A stretch of 64,000 nucleotides of DNA from an uncultured Planctomycetales bacterium (GCA_964427405.1 CAYRUB010000001.1:157884-221883); one strand, 5' to 3'. Counted from the first letter of the stretch, positions 28,172-38,761 are shown. The notes: generated from the letters alone by a model not told the origin. Program-made: numbers and translations.

Positions 28172-29715
28172 CGTGATAATATTTTAGGGGTTATGAAGAT
28201 TACCAGCTCTGTCCTGGTATTGGTTTTGCTTTTATATTCGAAAAATTTTCCCAAGAAAGGCAGACTGCGTAAAAGCGGTATGCCTTTTTCACTTACATTG
28301 TCATTAGAGGTAATCAGGCCTCCCACAGCGATTGTCTCACCGTCTTTAATCTTAACCAAAGTGTGCATGGACTTGGTTGAAGTCTTAGGCGCTTCAATTG
28401 TAGTACCCTGGCCCATGTCAATACTTCTAATGGCGTCCAGCGTAGTCACCACAGGGGTAAGCTGGACCAGTATCCGGTCATCCAGGATGCTGGCCATAAG
28501 CCGCAAACTCACTCCCTCCTGCACCTGGTCAGTGGTAGCGCTGGTAGCAGCGACACCTGTTCCGGTTGTTGTGGTTGTGGTATTGGCCACATAGCTGGTA
28601 ACAGTGCCTACCTGCACCATAGCTGCCTGGTTATTAAGGAGCATTATCTTGGGCTGGGAAACCACTTCAACTTTTCCCTGCGACTGCAGCGCTTTAATGA
28701 GTGCGCTTAAGCCGTTAGATACAGTACCAGAATCATCCTTAGGCCCTGTAGCTGTAAGCGTAAACAACCCTGGAGAAACAAGGTTCTGCGCGGCAAAGTT
28801 GGAAGATAACGTCAGTTGTTTTATATCTCCTAAGTTCTTGTAAATTGCGTTCCAGTCTATGCCAAAGGTATTCTCGCGAGAGAGTGTCACTTCCAGTATT
28901 TTTACCTCAACCAGGATCTGTTTGTTGGTTTCGGTATTTACCAGGTCAATGTAGCTGGATATTTTATCCAAAATCTGCGGACTATCCGTAACCATGACTA
29001 AACCGGCAAGTTTATTAAAAGAATATTTTCCGCTCGCAGATACCATCTTCGAAAGATTAAGTTCAACATCCTTCCAAAAAGATAAGCCATCTTCTTTGCT
29101 CTCCACAAAAACCCTTGCCCCCACCTTGACACTCATATTGGAATTATTGTTAGCGTTATTATTACTGGCAAATGTGGTCGTATCATCGGCTTTTGTCCAG
29201 GATTCATTGCTGATAGTGTCAGAGAAGGTTTGCGTGTTAGGCGGCAAAGTTAACTTAAAGGTGCGCGTTTCCTTGGCAAGGATCACCAAATCCTTATCCT
29301 TTACCTTAAAGCCGTAGTTTAAAGGAAAAAGCAAGGTGTTTAACGCCCGCCATACCGGCACGTCCTGGGTATCAAGCGAAACATTTATATTTGAATCAAT
29401 CTCAGGATCATAAACCACGTTATAGCCGGTTATCTCTCCTATCTTAGAAACAACAGCTTTTAAGCTCACTCCCTGGCTGCGCAGGGTAATCTTTTTATCA
29501 AAGACTTCCGGTAATTGAACCTTGAGGATTTCAGGTTTTGGTTTGGCAGTCTCTTCAGCGGACTTGTTTTCGCTGACTGCTGTTACCTGCGGTTTTTGTA
29601 TCTCTTTCCATTCCTCAATGAGAATCTTTGTTTTCTGCTGCTGGCTTTGCGCAAGTAAAAGGCTCGGGGTACACAGTGATATCGCGAGTAGCGAAATTAA
29701 GGTAATTAAACGCAT
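28168..29715 (-). CDS. secretin (PilQ/GspD/MshL family)
   Basis: QILVEVKILEV, GIDW, DGETIAVGGL, TELVIFITPKI. Confidence 0.93.
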   Translation of the reverse strand: MRLITLISLLAISLCTPSLLLAQSQQQKTKILIEEWKEIQKPQVTAVSENKSAEETAKPKPEILKVQLPEVFDKKITLRSQGVSLKAVVSKIGEITGYNVVYDPEIDSNINVSLDTQDVPVWRALNTLLFPLNYGFKVKDKDLVILAKETRTFKLTLPPNTQTFSDTISNESWTKADDTTTFASNNNANNNSNMSVKVGARVFVESKEDGLSFWKDVELNLSKMVSASGKYSFNKLAGLVMVTDSPQILDKISSYIDLVNTETNKQILVEVKILEVTLSRENTFGIDWNAIYKNLGDIKQLTLSSNFAAQNLVSPGLFTLTATGPKDDSGTVSNGLSALIKALQSQGKVEVVSQPKIMLLNNQAAMVQVGTVTSYVANTTTTTTGTGVAATSATTDQVQEGVSLRLMASILDDRILVQLTPVVTTLDAIRSIDMGQGTTIEAPKTSTKSMHTLVKIKDGETIAVGGLITSNDNVSEKGIPLLRSLPFLGKFFEYKSKTNTRTELVIFITPKILSR

Positions 29716-30070
29716 AAGGCTCTCCTCCTTCTTTTTTAATTGGTTTGTTTTCTTTATCTTTGGGACAATTTATCGGATAACCCTCATTTTTACGCCACTG
29801 GCTAGGGTCAATTACTACCGGCTCATTATGCTCGGGGATAAGCACGCCGTTTTCAATGTGCGCCGGGATTTGCACGTTTTGCACAATTGGGCTAGCCCAG
29901 TAAAAATAAGGAAAATCATTGCCGTAAAAATTTGAGGCGAATTCCTGTATATTCTCCCTTACTCCAGTACGGTAACCCGCTTCAAAATTCTTGCTTTTTC
30001 CGCTAAAGGTAGAACAACCGGCTAAAAACAAAAGTAAACTCACTGCCAAAAACTTTTTAATGTAACCCAT
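29615..30070 (-). CDS. lipoprotein, TraV-like
   Basis: LAGC lipobox; IPAH...H...VV..PSQW resembles the neighbouring TraV-like protein. Confidence 0.55.
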   Translation of the reverse strand: MGYIKKFLAVSLLLFLAGCSTFSGKSKNFEAGYRTGVRENIQEFASNFYGNDFPYFYWASPIVQNVQIPAHIENGVLIPEHNEPVVIDPSQWRKNEGYPINCPKDKENKPIKKEGGEPYAFNYLNFATRDITVYPEPFTCAKPAAENKDSH

Positions 30071-32594
30071 AGGCTTTCTCCTTTACGCATTCGTTAATCG
30101 CTTCCAGATAATTTCCTGAATGTTTTTGAACTTTATTTTCCAAATAATCATTGTCTTTGGCATCACTTGTGGCTATCCAGTAAAGAAACGGATCAGGCAC
30201 AAGCCTGATTACGCCGCGCGATGTATCCGAAATTACAAGCGCCTCTGAAAACTTGCCTTTCTGCGTCTCAACGGATTTTAAAAGCTCTATTTCCTTATCC
30301 GTCAAAGAAGCGAATGTTTTTAAAGAATCAACGACATTCGGCTCCTGTTTTAGAAAAACCTTGTTTGCGGCATTTGCCTGGATTGCAATGCCGGAAGCTG
30401 CTCCCACCAGGTCAGCTATCTCCTGAGTGATAGCCACGGCAGAGCAGCGGTATTTACGATAAGTCTTAAAAGAGTTAGTGATAAATTCAGCGGTGTTCTT
30501 AAGCCGCAATAAACTCCAGGCCTCATCAATAAGCAAGAATTTACGTTTGGGTTTCATTTCAGCTGATGAAACAAAATTAGTGATGAAATACATAATGTTT
30601 AGCAAGACCACCAGCTGCAAATCAGAGTGAGCGCTTAAATTCCCCAGCTCAAATACCGTAAACCTTGAACCTAAGTTAAACTGATTCTGTCCGTCAAAGA
30701 ACTTTCCGAACTGGCCTTCCTTTGTAAATGGCCTGAGCTTTAAAGCAAGAGTGATGCCGATGTTTTCTCCAGTGCCAAGGCCTCTATTACAGGCGTGGCT
30801 TTTTAGCTTTTCTACGACGTCCGAAAGCGTTATTTCGGCATCGGGATTTTTTCTCTCTGCGTAGCTTGCGGCCACTGCTTTTTGCAGGACGCTTTCCTGT
30901 TCCCTATAAAGGCGCTCACGATCATCCCCTCCTGAGCACATCTCAGATAGAACCGTTACCAGAAAAGACATATGTTCCGGGTCAGGCTCTTTTAAGAAGG
31001 GATTTATGGTTACCGGATTGTTCAATTCGAACCTGATATACTGACCGCCTAAGATTTGGCAGAGCTTCCTATAAGAATCTCCTTTATCCAAAACAAAGAA
31101 GTGAGCATCCAGCCTTGAATTCTGCAATATAAAATCATTCACAAAAAAACTTTTCCCCGCACCTGATGCGCCGATAATGATTGCGTGCGGATTGGTATTG
31201 GAGTCAAAAAAATCCCAGAATACCGGCTCGCCTCTTCTGTTTAGATAAACTTGAGCGGGTGTTGATGTACCCTTGACTGAGCCGTATAAAGGAAGCATAT
31301 CGGCTAGATTGCTTGAGATCATACGCCTGGTGCGCTTGACAAAGTTTTCAAAAGTGTGGTCAAAGCACAAAGGCAGACAGGATAAAAATAAAGATGCGCC
31401 GATTATCTCTTCCTTTAGGCCCTCGCAACCCATGCGCGAGAGCATATTTAAGATATTGGCAATGGAAGTCTCGCATTTATCCTTTGATTCCCCGGAAACA
31501 ATAAAATGAATTCTCGGGTAAATTATTTTATGGCCTGAAGAAAAAGTCTCTCTGATCACAGAATCAAGTTCCTCTTTTTTCTCTACTGCCTCAATTGACT
31601 TATCTCCAAAAAAGTTAGAGCGCTGTGTAAAAGCAAAGGCTTTTTGTATTTTTATCCTGCTTATAGCTTCTTCCTGCTTGGGGATGTAAAAATTAATCAC
31701 CATGATAAAATCTTTTAATAAATCCAGCATGGAAAAACGCGTTCCCCGGGTAAGTTCTGCGGTAAACATTCCGGTTTCCGTGGAAAGCGGAAGTTCTTTT
31801 AAGGTAATGACCTTATAGAGTATTTCCTCAAACTCAAATCCTTCACCACCTGCCTTAGGGCAGTTGTATAAAAACTGCTCTTCCAAAGGCTCGTTTTCCC
31901 TAAATACCGGCATAGGCAAAGAATCCGCACGTTTGGGGTTAAGTAGCTTATAAAGCAGCTTGTGAAGATTGCTTTCGGTTAACTTTAAATATTTGATTTC
32001 GCAGGACCTGAACACTCCTTCAACCACATCGGAAAATCTGGTCATGCTCTGGCAATGCACCAGAAAATCATCCGAGAGCCTGTTTTTGATTCTGTTTGTT
32101 CCGGAAAAATAAGATGCGATTTTTTCACCAAGGTTTGCATGCGTCCAGAAAGTAAAATAACGCAAAGTAAAAAAACAGCGTATTCTCTTTGAGGAATAGC
32201 TGCCGGTATGCTGCTCAAAGAATCCACCTCTTCCCTGTTTTAGGTGGGTAAGTTTTGCAAGGCCTGCCTGTTTAATAATCTCATTATCAAACCCCTTGGA
32301 GAAATCCGTATACTTTTGAAGTTCATCCTGAAAATCCTCATCGCAGATGAGGATAAACTGGCAGCTCACCAGTTCTTCAGGAAGCCGAATAATTATTCCT
32401 TCAATCACTTGGGCCAATTGCTCCAGATAAGCAGGAGATTTGGTTTCGCTTTCGATTAAAGAGACTTCCCAGACCTGGCCCAGGCTTCCGTCTTTTAACA
32501 CAAAGAAGCCGTTTTCATAAGCGTAATACGGCAGGAGCTCTGTAAACGCTGTACCTTCCTCAAATAAAGCTTCCATGGTTTGCTGCTTGATCAT
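30057..32594 (-). CDS. traC: TraC/VirB4 conjugation ATPase
   Basis: GASGAGKSF, LDKGDSY, LIDEAW, RKY...ITQ. Confidence 0.92.
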   Translation of the reverse strand: MIKQQTMEALFEEGTAFTELLPYYAYENGFFVLKDGSLGQVWEVSLIESETKSPAYLEQLAQVIEGIIIRLPEELVSCQFILICDEDFQDELQKYTDFSKGFDNEIIKQAGLAKLTHLKQGRGGFFEQHTGSYSSKRIRCFFTLRYFTFWTHANLGEKIASYFSGTNRIKNRLSDDFLVHCQSMTRFSDVVEGVFRSCEIKYLKLTESNLHKLLYKLLNPKRADSLPMPVFRENEPLEEQFLYNCPKAGGEGFEFEEILYKVITLKELPLSTETGMFTAELTRGTRFSMLDLLKDFIMVINFYIPKQEEAISRIKIQKAFAFTQRSNFFGDKSIEAVEKKEELDSVIRETFSSGHKIIYPRIHFIVSGESKDKCETSIANILNMLSRMGCEGLKEEIIGASLFLSCLPLCFDHTFENFVKRTRRMISSNLADMLPLYGSVKGTSTPAQVYLNRRGEPVFWDFFDSNTNPHAIIIGASGAGKSFFVNDFILQNSRLDAHFFVLDKGDSYRKLCQILGGQYIRFELNNPVTINPFLKEPDPEHMSFLVTVLSEMCSGGDDRERLYREQESVLQKAVAASYAERKNPDAEITLSDVVEKLKSHACNRGLGTGENIGITLALKLRPFTKEGQFGKFFDGQNQFNLGSRFTVFELGNLSAHSDLQLVVLLNIMYFITNFVSSAEMKPKRKFLLIDEAWSLLRLKNTAEFITNSFKTYRKYRCSAVAITQEIADLVGAASGIAIQANAANKVFLKQEPNVVDSLKTFASLTDKEIELLKSVETQKGKFSEALVISDTSRGVIRLVPDPFLYWIATSDAKDNDYLENKVQKHSGNYLEAINECVKEKAYGLH

Positions 32595-32992
32595 TTTTTA
32601 TCTATTTCCTTATATGGTAGTATTAAAGGGATCTTCGTTTCATTCTTGCTTTGGCTATCGATAAACCAGCTTGATTCTTTTACCATGATATAAATCCAGT
32701 GTCCTGCCACCAAGACTTCAGGAGCGGATTTTGATTTATGCGCAGGAATCCAGACAAGGCGCACATCAGCTGGTTCAACCACAGGCACATAGGGCTTTAC
32801 ATAGCCGAACGCCTGTTTTATTTTTAAGTTGTCCTTTATATAATTAACTGAGTCAGCTCTTCCGTTTGAAACAGCTTGCAGGTATACGTCCATCACCTTA
32901 TTTGGGTTTTCCTTAACTAACCCTTTAGACGCAGCGCAGCCGCTAGTCATCAAAAGAGCCAAAATTACTGCTTGTAACTTCAAGGCCTTCAA
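32591..32992 (-). CDS. traV: TraV-like lipoprotein
   Basis: TSGC lipobox, VWIPAH...GHWIY...W; TTG start after AGGAG. Confidence 0.65.
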   Translation of the reverse strand: MKALKLQAVILALLMTSGCAASKGLVKENPNKVMDVYLQAVSNGRADSVNYIKDNLKIKQAFGYVKPYVPVVEPADVRLVWIPAHKSKSAPEVLVAGHWIYIMVKESSWFIDSQSKNETKIPLILPYKEIDKK

Positions 32993-34175
32993 TTTGCACT
33001 CCTTTCTGGATAACCAAAACCGCTTTTTTCCCCGCTTCAATCTTTACCGCGGGGATCATGGCTTCTAATTGTTTCTGGTAATAGCTGGACATTCCTTGCG
33101 CGCTGTTAGCCAGGCCTGAGAACATGGAATAACGTCCGGTGTTTCCGGTAACATTTTTAGAGGTCTGCCCGTAGGCGCCGACAACGCTGGAAGTTTCTGA
33201 TTCGGAAAGCGCTCCAGCGCCTCCAGCCAGGAATCCGGACAGGAAACTTAAACTCAATTGCTTTCCTGTATTGTAGATAAGCTCACCTGGTATGCCCAAA
33301 TGCCCGTCATCATCAGCCAGATACCCTAAATTTGATTCATGTTCAAAGACTTTACCATCCGGTAAAACTGTAGAAAAACTAACTACCTGGATAACCGCCC
33401 TCTTTGAGACCACGTCTCCTACTGCCTTACCAATGGCAAAGGCACCTTTTAAAGGGACTCTGGTATTATTCGGGCCGTAAAAGGCCTCATCCACGCTGAT
33501 TAATACCGGCAGGGGATTGCTTTCATTGGCAGGGGCATAAACGCCGGTAAGAAGAGTGCATTTGACAAAGCTGCCCAAAGGAAGATAAACGTACCTCTTC
33601 CCGGGAGCTTTTTCCTCGTTTCTTATTTCGCCGACCTTAGCCGTCTCTAAGTTAACCGATTGCTTGAGAGCTTGCGGCGTAGATACCGAGCCTATCAATG
33701 ACTCTTCCAAGGATCCGGCGCTTTGCCCCCGCTCAATGCTTTTTTTCGATAAAGGATTTTGCTTGTTGGCATCAGACATCCTCTTATCAAGATCGATAAC
33801 AATCTTGCTGACCTGGGTCTGGTTCTTGCGCAGGTCCTGGGAACTTTTTTCCACGGAAGCCATACGCTCATTTAAGGAATCGAACTTTGAAGAAATGTCG
33901 TAATACTGTTTTTCAATGCGGTTAACATAGGACTTGGTATCCACAGAGCCGGTTAAGACGCCCACGTCCTTATCCTGCCCGGATGAGGCGGCTTGTTTTC
34001 CTGCTGCCAGATCAAGGCTTTTCCTGATTTCTTTGGTTTCCTTGCTTCCTGCGAATAATAGGAACGCAAGTGCACCCATAAGAGTCAAAATAACTACAGC
34101 GGTAAATTTAGGATTATTGCGCGCTGCCTGCGGAAGCTTATTAAACCCGGGTATTTTATCTAGAGATATTTTCAT
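32943..34175 (-). CDS. traB: TraB/VirB10-like protein
   Basis: TM plus coiled coil; LPLGSF...LLTG..AP. Confidence 0.8.
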   Translation of the reverse strand: MKISLDKIPGFNKLPQAARNNPKFTAVVILTLMGALAFLLFAGSKETKEIRKSLDLAAGKQAASSGQDKDVGVLTGSVDTKSYVNRIEKQYYDISSKFDSLNERMASVEKSSQDLRKNQTQVSKIVIDLDKRMSDANKQNPLSKKSIERGQSAGSLEESLIGSVSTPQALKQSVNLETAKVGEIRNEEKAPGKRYVYLPLGSFVKCTLLTGVYAPANESNPLPVLISVDEAFYGPNNTRVPLKGAFAIGKAVGDVVSKRAVIQVVSFSTVLPDGKVFEHESNLGYLADDDGHLGIPGELIYNTGKQLSLSFLSGFLAGGAGALSESETSSVVGAYGQTSKNVTGNTGRYSMFSGLANSAQGMSSYYQKQLEAMIPAVKIEAGKKAVLVIQKGVQIEGLEVTSSNFGSFDD

Positions 34176-34891
34176 TGGTTCAGTCCTTCTACAACCATAT
34201 AAGCTTTTGTCATATAGACGGAAGTTTTCTTTTTAATATCGTGCGGCCGCGGTTCAAGTATTTGAGTATCGATGCTGATGGTTAATAACCCAGGAAGTTC
34301 GATGTGCTCAATTGGCACAACCAGAGGCTTCCAGGTCAAGTTCTCAAAAGTCAAACAGAAGGCTTTTACGTTATTGGAAAATTCATAAACCTCATCTATA
34401 CTGATGCGTAATTTAGCGTTATTAAATATCTCCCTATGATTCAGTGTTGAGTTAACTGCGCCAGGCGGCTGCCTACCGGAAAGAAGGGCTTTCATCAGCT
34501 CAACCGTGTTTAGCGCATTCGCCTCTTCTTCGTTTGTCTGCTGATGATGATTATCAATCTTTATGCGGCTGGCTGCCCGGGCTTCATCCATGATCAGATG
34601 CAGGCAAAAAGATTCATTATCCTGAGTAACCACATAAACTTTAGAATCAAGGCTTTCCCGGGCCAGGAGAAACATCCTGTTTCCCAAAGTCTCAATCTGT
34701 AAGGCCTCGCTTGAAATGCTTTTTGTAATATTGGCGATCTTTTCCGGAAATTCCGCTTCCGTGATCATCCCGGTCTTTAGCCTTACAGTAATCTCAGAAT
34801 TATAATCCGAGGCTCTTGAAATATTTACTTGTCCTATAAATAACAACCCGGAAATAATCAATAAAATAGAAATTTTCCTGAATATCGTCAT
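34172..34891 (-). CDS. TraK-like protein
   Basis: Signal peptide; between TraE-like and TraB. Confidence 0.6.
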   Translation of the reverse strand: MTIFRKISILLIISGLLFIGQVNISRASDYNSEITVRLKTGMITEAEFPEKIANITKSISSEALQIETLGNRMFLLARESLDSKVYVVTQDNESFCLHLIMDEARAASRIKIDNHHQQTNEEEANALNTVELMKALLSGRQPPGAVNSTLNHREIFNNAKLRISIDEVYEFSNNVKAFCLTFENLTWKPLVVPIEHIELPGLLTISIDTQILEPRPHDIKKKTSVYMTKAYMVVEGLNQ

Positions 34892-35505
34892 TTTATCTCT
34901 ACCTCTTCCTGTTTTACCCCGGCGATCACCAAGCCGTAGGGGTTGGTTTCAATAGGCGGGATTCTTTGCAGGGTCACCGTATAGCAAAGAATTCGGTCAT
35001 CCAGCTTTTCCTTGCCCATAAAAATAATCTTTTCTCCTGTTAAAGTTACTTTAAAATCAGCGCTTGAATCTTCAAGCACCGGGTCTTTGCTTAAAGAGAA
35101 TAATGACGAGATATTGTCGCGCTCAACACGGGATATTTCATCCTCTAAGGAAGCTTTTGTCCTGGAAAGAAGTCCCGGAGCCATATAGCGCATTGCTCTT
35201 TGATAGGTGTCTTTTACTGTTTGGGGTGTGAAATTATTGCGGTTTAGAAGCCAGTTTGAGGCAAAACCACAGACTACGGCTTTATCTATATGATTGGGGT
35301 AGGCGACACCTGCCTCCTGCGCGCTTGGAATGTAATAAATAGCCTGGGGTTTTGTGGATACCCTGAATAAGGTAAACAGCAACCCTATGCAAAAAGCAAC
35401 TACGGCAAAAAGCGTGATTCCCAGAAATGCGGAAGTCTTTTCTGCGTGAGCCCACTTCTCAATAAAGCCTGTGCGTTTTGTTTTTTCTGTTTTTAGTTCG
35501 CTCAT
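34888..35505 (-). CDS. TraE/VirB8-like protein
   Basis: Single TM; NFTP; NPYGL. Confidence 0.7.
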   Translation of the reverse strand: MSELKTEKTKRTGFIEKWAHAEKTSAFLGITLFAVVAFCIGLLFTLFRVSTKPQAIYYIPSAQEAGVAYPNHIDKAVVCGFASNWLLNRNNFTPQTVKDTYQRAMRYMAPGLLSRTKASLEDEISRVERDNISSLFSLSKDPVLEDSSADFKVTLTGEKIIFMGKEKLDDRILCYTVTLQRIPPIETNPYGLVIAGVKQEEVEIK

Positions 35506-35512
35506 GGCAAAT

Positions 35513-35658
35513 AAAAAAAGGCTGGCCTTCCGAATGTTGATTCGGAAAACCAGCCCAGTTTTTCTCTGGTCTATTGTTCAGACCGAGGATACTGTGACTG
35601 AAAATTTACATTAATTAATTCTTGACTAACTTATACACCCTACTTTTTAATTTGTCAA
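35513..35658 (-). promoter_or_regulatory. promoter and structured leader ending in an intrinsic terminator before traE
   Basis: TTGACA-17-TATAAG; hairpin; GGCTGG...CCAGCC-T7 eight nt before the ATG. Confidence 0.6.
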
Positions 35659-35685
35659 GTTTATTTTTTTAGTCTTTTTTTATTC

Positions 35686-35877
35686 TTACTTAATTACAGA
35701 CCAAACCAAAGAAATCACCCATCCCAAAACTGTCCAGCCTAAAAACAGGTTTAATAAAAATATCGCCAGCATATTTTTATGCTGCCTTAAAAAAGCGATC
35801 AATGTCGGCAGGAAATAAAAAGCAAAAAATAATACTGCCAACAATAATCCCAGCACCGTGAAATTCTGCATCTGCAT
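35686..35877 (-). CDS. superinfection-immunity (T4 Imm-like) membrane protein
   Basis: YFLPT.IA..R.H....IF.LN.FLGWT..GW..SLVWS. Confidence 0.88.
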   Translation of the reverse strand: MQMQNFTVLGLLLAVLFFAFYFLPTLIAFLRQHKNMLAIFLLNLFLGWTVLGWVISLVWSVIK

Positions 35878-35879
35878 AT

Positions 35880-36167
35880 CTAACCCTCTCTCCTAAAAAC
35901 CGAATACCTGTTTATTTTCTTTGGCGGATCGATCAAGCCTTTTATTCTTACGCCATGTTTGTAAAACAAATGCGTAAGGTATCCTTGAGGCTTACCTTGC
36001 TTTATTAACCTTAAGAAGATCCAACCACCAAAGAAAACCATACCTGCGTAAAAAGTATCAAAGAATAGTATCATCGAGCCGCAGGCTAAAGCCAGTATAC
36101 CCACATCTTCAGGCTCGAGCCCAAAAAGAAGCAGCGGTTTATCAATGGTGCGCAGGCATTTTCTCAT
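35880..36167 (-). CDS. TraL-like protein
   Basis: ID.P..LFG.E; K.GKP.GY..H..Y..G. Confidence 0.65.
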   Translation of the reverse strand: MRKCLRTIDKPLLLFGLEPEDVGILALACGSMILFFDTFYAGMVFFGGWIFLRLIKQGKPQGYLTHLFYKHGVRIKGLIDPPKKINRYSVFRREG

Positions 36168-36490
36168 TATTGCTTAAACAACCCTTCCAGTATCTTGGGT
36201 ATGAACATCAATATCATGAACCCAAAGCCGCAGGCAATTGCAACACCCTGCTTGCCGTTTAAAAGCGCGATTACGCCGCCAATCAAAAGTACCGCTCCCA
36301 GGATCTTTGATACCGGCCCTGTGAGAATATTGATGATAAATGTGGCAAAGTCGCTCACCACCTGCTGCTCCTGGGTTGTGCTTATCTGGGCAAAGACATA
36401 GGGCGCAGCCAATATGGATAACCCAAGCACGAGGCACAGGACCGCAAGAGTCCTAACCACAAACTTCTTCCTGTTGATTTGCTTAAACAT
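36167..36490 (-). CDS. conjugative pilin (TraA/VirB2-like)
   Basis: Long signal peptide plus two hydrophobic helices; upstream of traL. Confidence 0.7.
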   Translation of the reverse strand: MFKQINRKKFVVRTLAVLCLVLGLSILAAPYVFAQISTTQEQQVVSDFATFIINILTGPVSKILGAVLLIGGVIALLNGKQGVAIACGFGFMILMFIPKILEGLFKQ

Positions 36491-36493
36491 TAC

Positions 36494-38761
36494 TCATCCC
36501 TCCTTTGGTTTATTGTCATATTCAAACGGGCTTGCGATAAGCCTGTCTTTTACCTTTTTATCAAATAAAAACTCGTGATTTGCGATTACCGTGAGTTTTT
36601 CCCTTAAGAAAATAACACTCTTTGAAAACGGCAGCCTTAAAAACACATTCTCTGAAATGTAATTCTTAACCGCAGTACGGATATTTCCCTGGGCGGATCT
36701 TAAACCGTCGAGCTTGACTCCTGCTTTATCATTGCTTATATTATCCACCTGAAGTACAGTTTTATCCTGATAGGTGGTCTGTCCAGTTTTATCAGACCAG
36801 AACCTTGCGTCAAAAGGATCCTCCTGCATAAAAATTACTTTGGTTGCGGTATTGGTAAAAATCGCATTCTCAAATGCTTTCGATACATTGGATAGGTTTC
36901 CCCGCGACTGATTGGACAGCACAAGACAAAAATTAGCGCTCCTTACTTTAGAGATTACATCCACGAAGTGAGAACAAGCTAAATTCTGGAACTCATCGAT
37001 AAAGATAAAAAACGGTGGATCGGTTTCCTTACGGAATACAGCCTGTGACTTAAGGTCAATAATAAGCATCCTACCTATTGCTTCAGCCAAACGCGTATTC
37101 ACCTGGCTCTTTAGGGCAAAGAATGCCACATCGCCGTTTTTGATTACTTTGGCTAAATCCAGTTCAGCGCGGTTTATCACATCAATACCGGCAATCCAGG
37201 AGACTGCTGCCAAGAGCCCCTTAACTTCCTGTGTACTTACATCCGTCCTTTCTAAGAAGGCGGGATTCTCCAAAGCCTCTTTGACCGAAAGGAAATTTAT
37301 CTCCTTGTTTTCCTGAATTTTTTCCTTTAATAATCCGATGAAGGCCATTGCCTGCACATTAGAGTAAAAACCAGCCGGGCCCTGGTAAATAAGCTCTAAG
37401 GCAGTCATAATCCTGTCGACCTTGGAATGAATATCGCCTGATGAAAGCGGATTATACCCAATTGAGGGTTCATTAGGATCAATGCTGAAATAATAAAATT
37501 TCTTGCCCGCTTGCCTCGCTCTCTCCTGAACGTACTTCTTAAAAACCTCGTCTCCCTTAAAATCTATAAAGCAGCAACCTCTGCCTTTTTCTATAGCCTG
37601 CCTGCTTAAAGGAAGTATCACTAGGGAAGTTTTTCCGCCTCCTGTGGAGCCTAATACGTGCAGATGGCGGTTAAGGATATTTTCTTCTACAACAACATCC
37701 TGCTTATCATCTGAGACAGCCAAAAAATATTTGTCCGTCTTTGCGTACTGATTCAGTTTTTTGTTGATATCGAAGTGGACTTTTTTAAATTCAACCGTCT
37801 CGATGGAAAGCTCTTTTCTTTTTTGCGTTTCCTTATCAACTTTTAAGAAGTCCTCTAGTTCCCGCCTCTTGCGCGGCATTACGTGTTTGATTAAATAAAT
37901 AATGCCAACTGCAGTAAAACCGATAACCGACAAGCCAAAAGCTATAATCAAAAATAACCTTCCCTCTTTCATAATAAAACCGTTCCAGAAACTCCAAAGG
38001 ATCACCTGCCAGCCGTCATTACTAAATGCCAGGTTTATGTCATGGTAGCCAATCCTGCCAAACCAATAGGCAAACACCCAAAACAAGTAATAAAACCAAA
38101 GCCAAAAACTCCTTGTTGCCATAACCACAAAGAAAACACCTATCCCTATTAACCCCAAAACGTCATAAGGAAGACCGTTATCTTTAAAGATATTTCCCAT
38201 GGCTCTTGAGACGAGCACCGTGTCAGAGTAGAGCCAGGGGTATTTCTTTTCGAGTCTCTCAAGAAATAAATAAGGCTCCAAAGCCAGAGCATCTTTAGTC
38301 CTGCCTGATTTCTTAAGAAGATCGCTAAGCTCTCTTACTGACAAGCTTCCCAATCTTTTCTTAGGGTTCTTAAGTTCGTAAGCTATGGCCCGTGAATATT
38401 CTCCGGTCATGGCAAAAGTCTTTGGCAGAGCGATATCGCTTCCTGAAGGCGAAAAGTCAAAATTCCACGTTCCGGGCACCTCAAAATATCCGGATACCTT
38501 AAAATAGGTTGAATCCGGATCAGGATTAGCAGCCTCATGTGGCGGCACAACCATAACCAAAGCCTTGCTGCCAGAGATATCTTCTAAGGACGAGCCTAAG
38601 AGACTGATCTTCATAACCACAGGGATATTGTCAAAGGGTCCCAAAATGACACACTTTCTGCCGTAATTAAAACCTACATACCAGCCGAATCCTATGTAGA
38701 AAAGCGGAATCAGTATTAATAACCTTATAAACCTACTCTTTAAACTAAGCGGTTTGTCCAT
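36494..38761 (-). CDS. type IV coupling protein (TraD/VirD4) with long membrane N-terminus
   Basis: GSTGGGKT, IDFKGD, FIDEFQ, RSA....LSNQ. Confidence 0.88.
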   Translation of the reverse strand: MDKPLSLKSRFIRLLILIPLFYIGFGWYVGFNYGRKCVILGPFDNIPVVMKISLLGSSLEDISGSKALVMVVPPHEAANPDPDSTYFKVSGYFEVPGTWNFDFSPSGSDIALPKTFAMTGEYSRAIAYELKNPKKRLGSLSVRELSDLLKKSGRTKDALALEPYLFLERLEKKYPWLYSDTVLVSRAMGNIFKDNGLPYDVLGLIGIGVFFVVMATRSFWLWFYYLFWVFAYWFGRIGYHDINLAFSNDGWQVILWSFWNGFIMKEGRLFLIIAFGLSVIGFTAVGIIYLIKHVMPRKRRELEDFLKVDKETQKRKELSIETVEFKKVHFDINKKLNQYAKTDKYFLAVSDDKQDVVVEENILNRHLHVLGSTGGGKTSLVILPLSRQAIEKGRGCCFIDFKGDEVFKKYVQERARQAGKKFYYFSIDPNEPSIGYNPLSSGDIHSKVDRIMTALELIYQGPAGFYSNVQAMAFIGLLKEKIQENKEINFLSVKEALENPAFLERTDVSTQEVKGLLAAVSWIAGIDVINRAELDLAKVIKNGDVAFFALKSQVNTRLAEAIGRMLIIDLKSQAVFRKETDPPFFIFIDEFQNLACSHFVDVISKVRSANFCLVLSNQSRGNLSNVSKAFENAIFTNTATKVIFMQEDPFDARFWSDKTGQTTYQDKTVLQVDNISNDKAGVKLDGLRSAQGNIRTAVKNYISENVFLRLPFSKSVIFLREKLTVIANHEFLFDKKVKDRLIASPFEYDNKPKEG

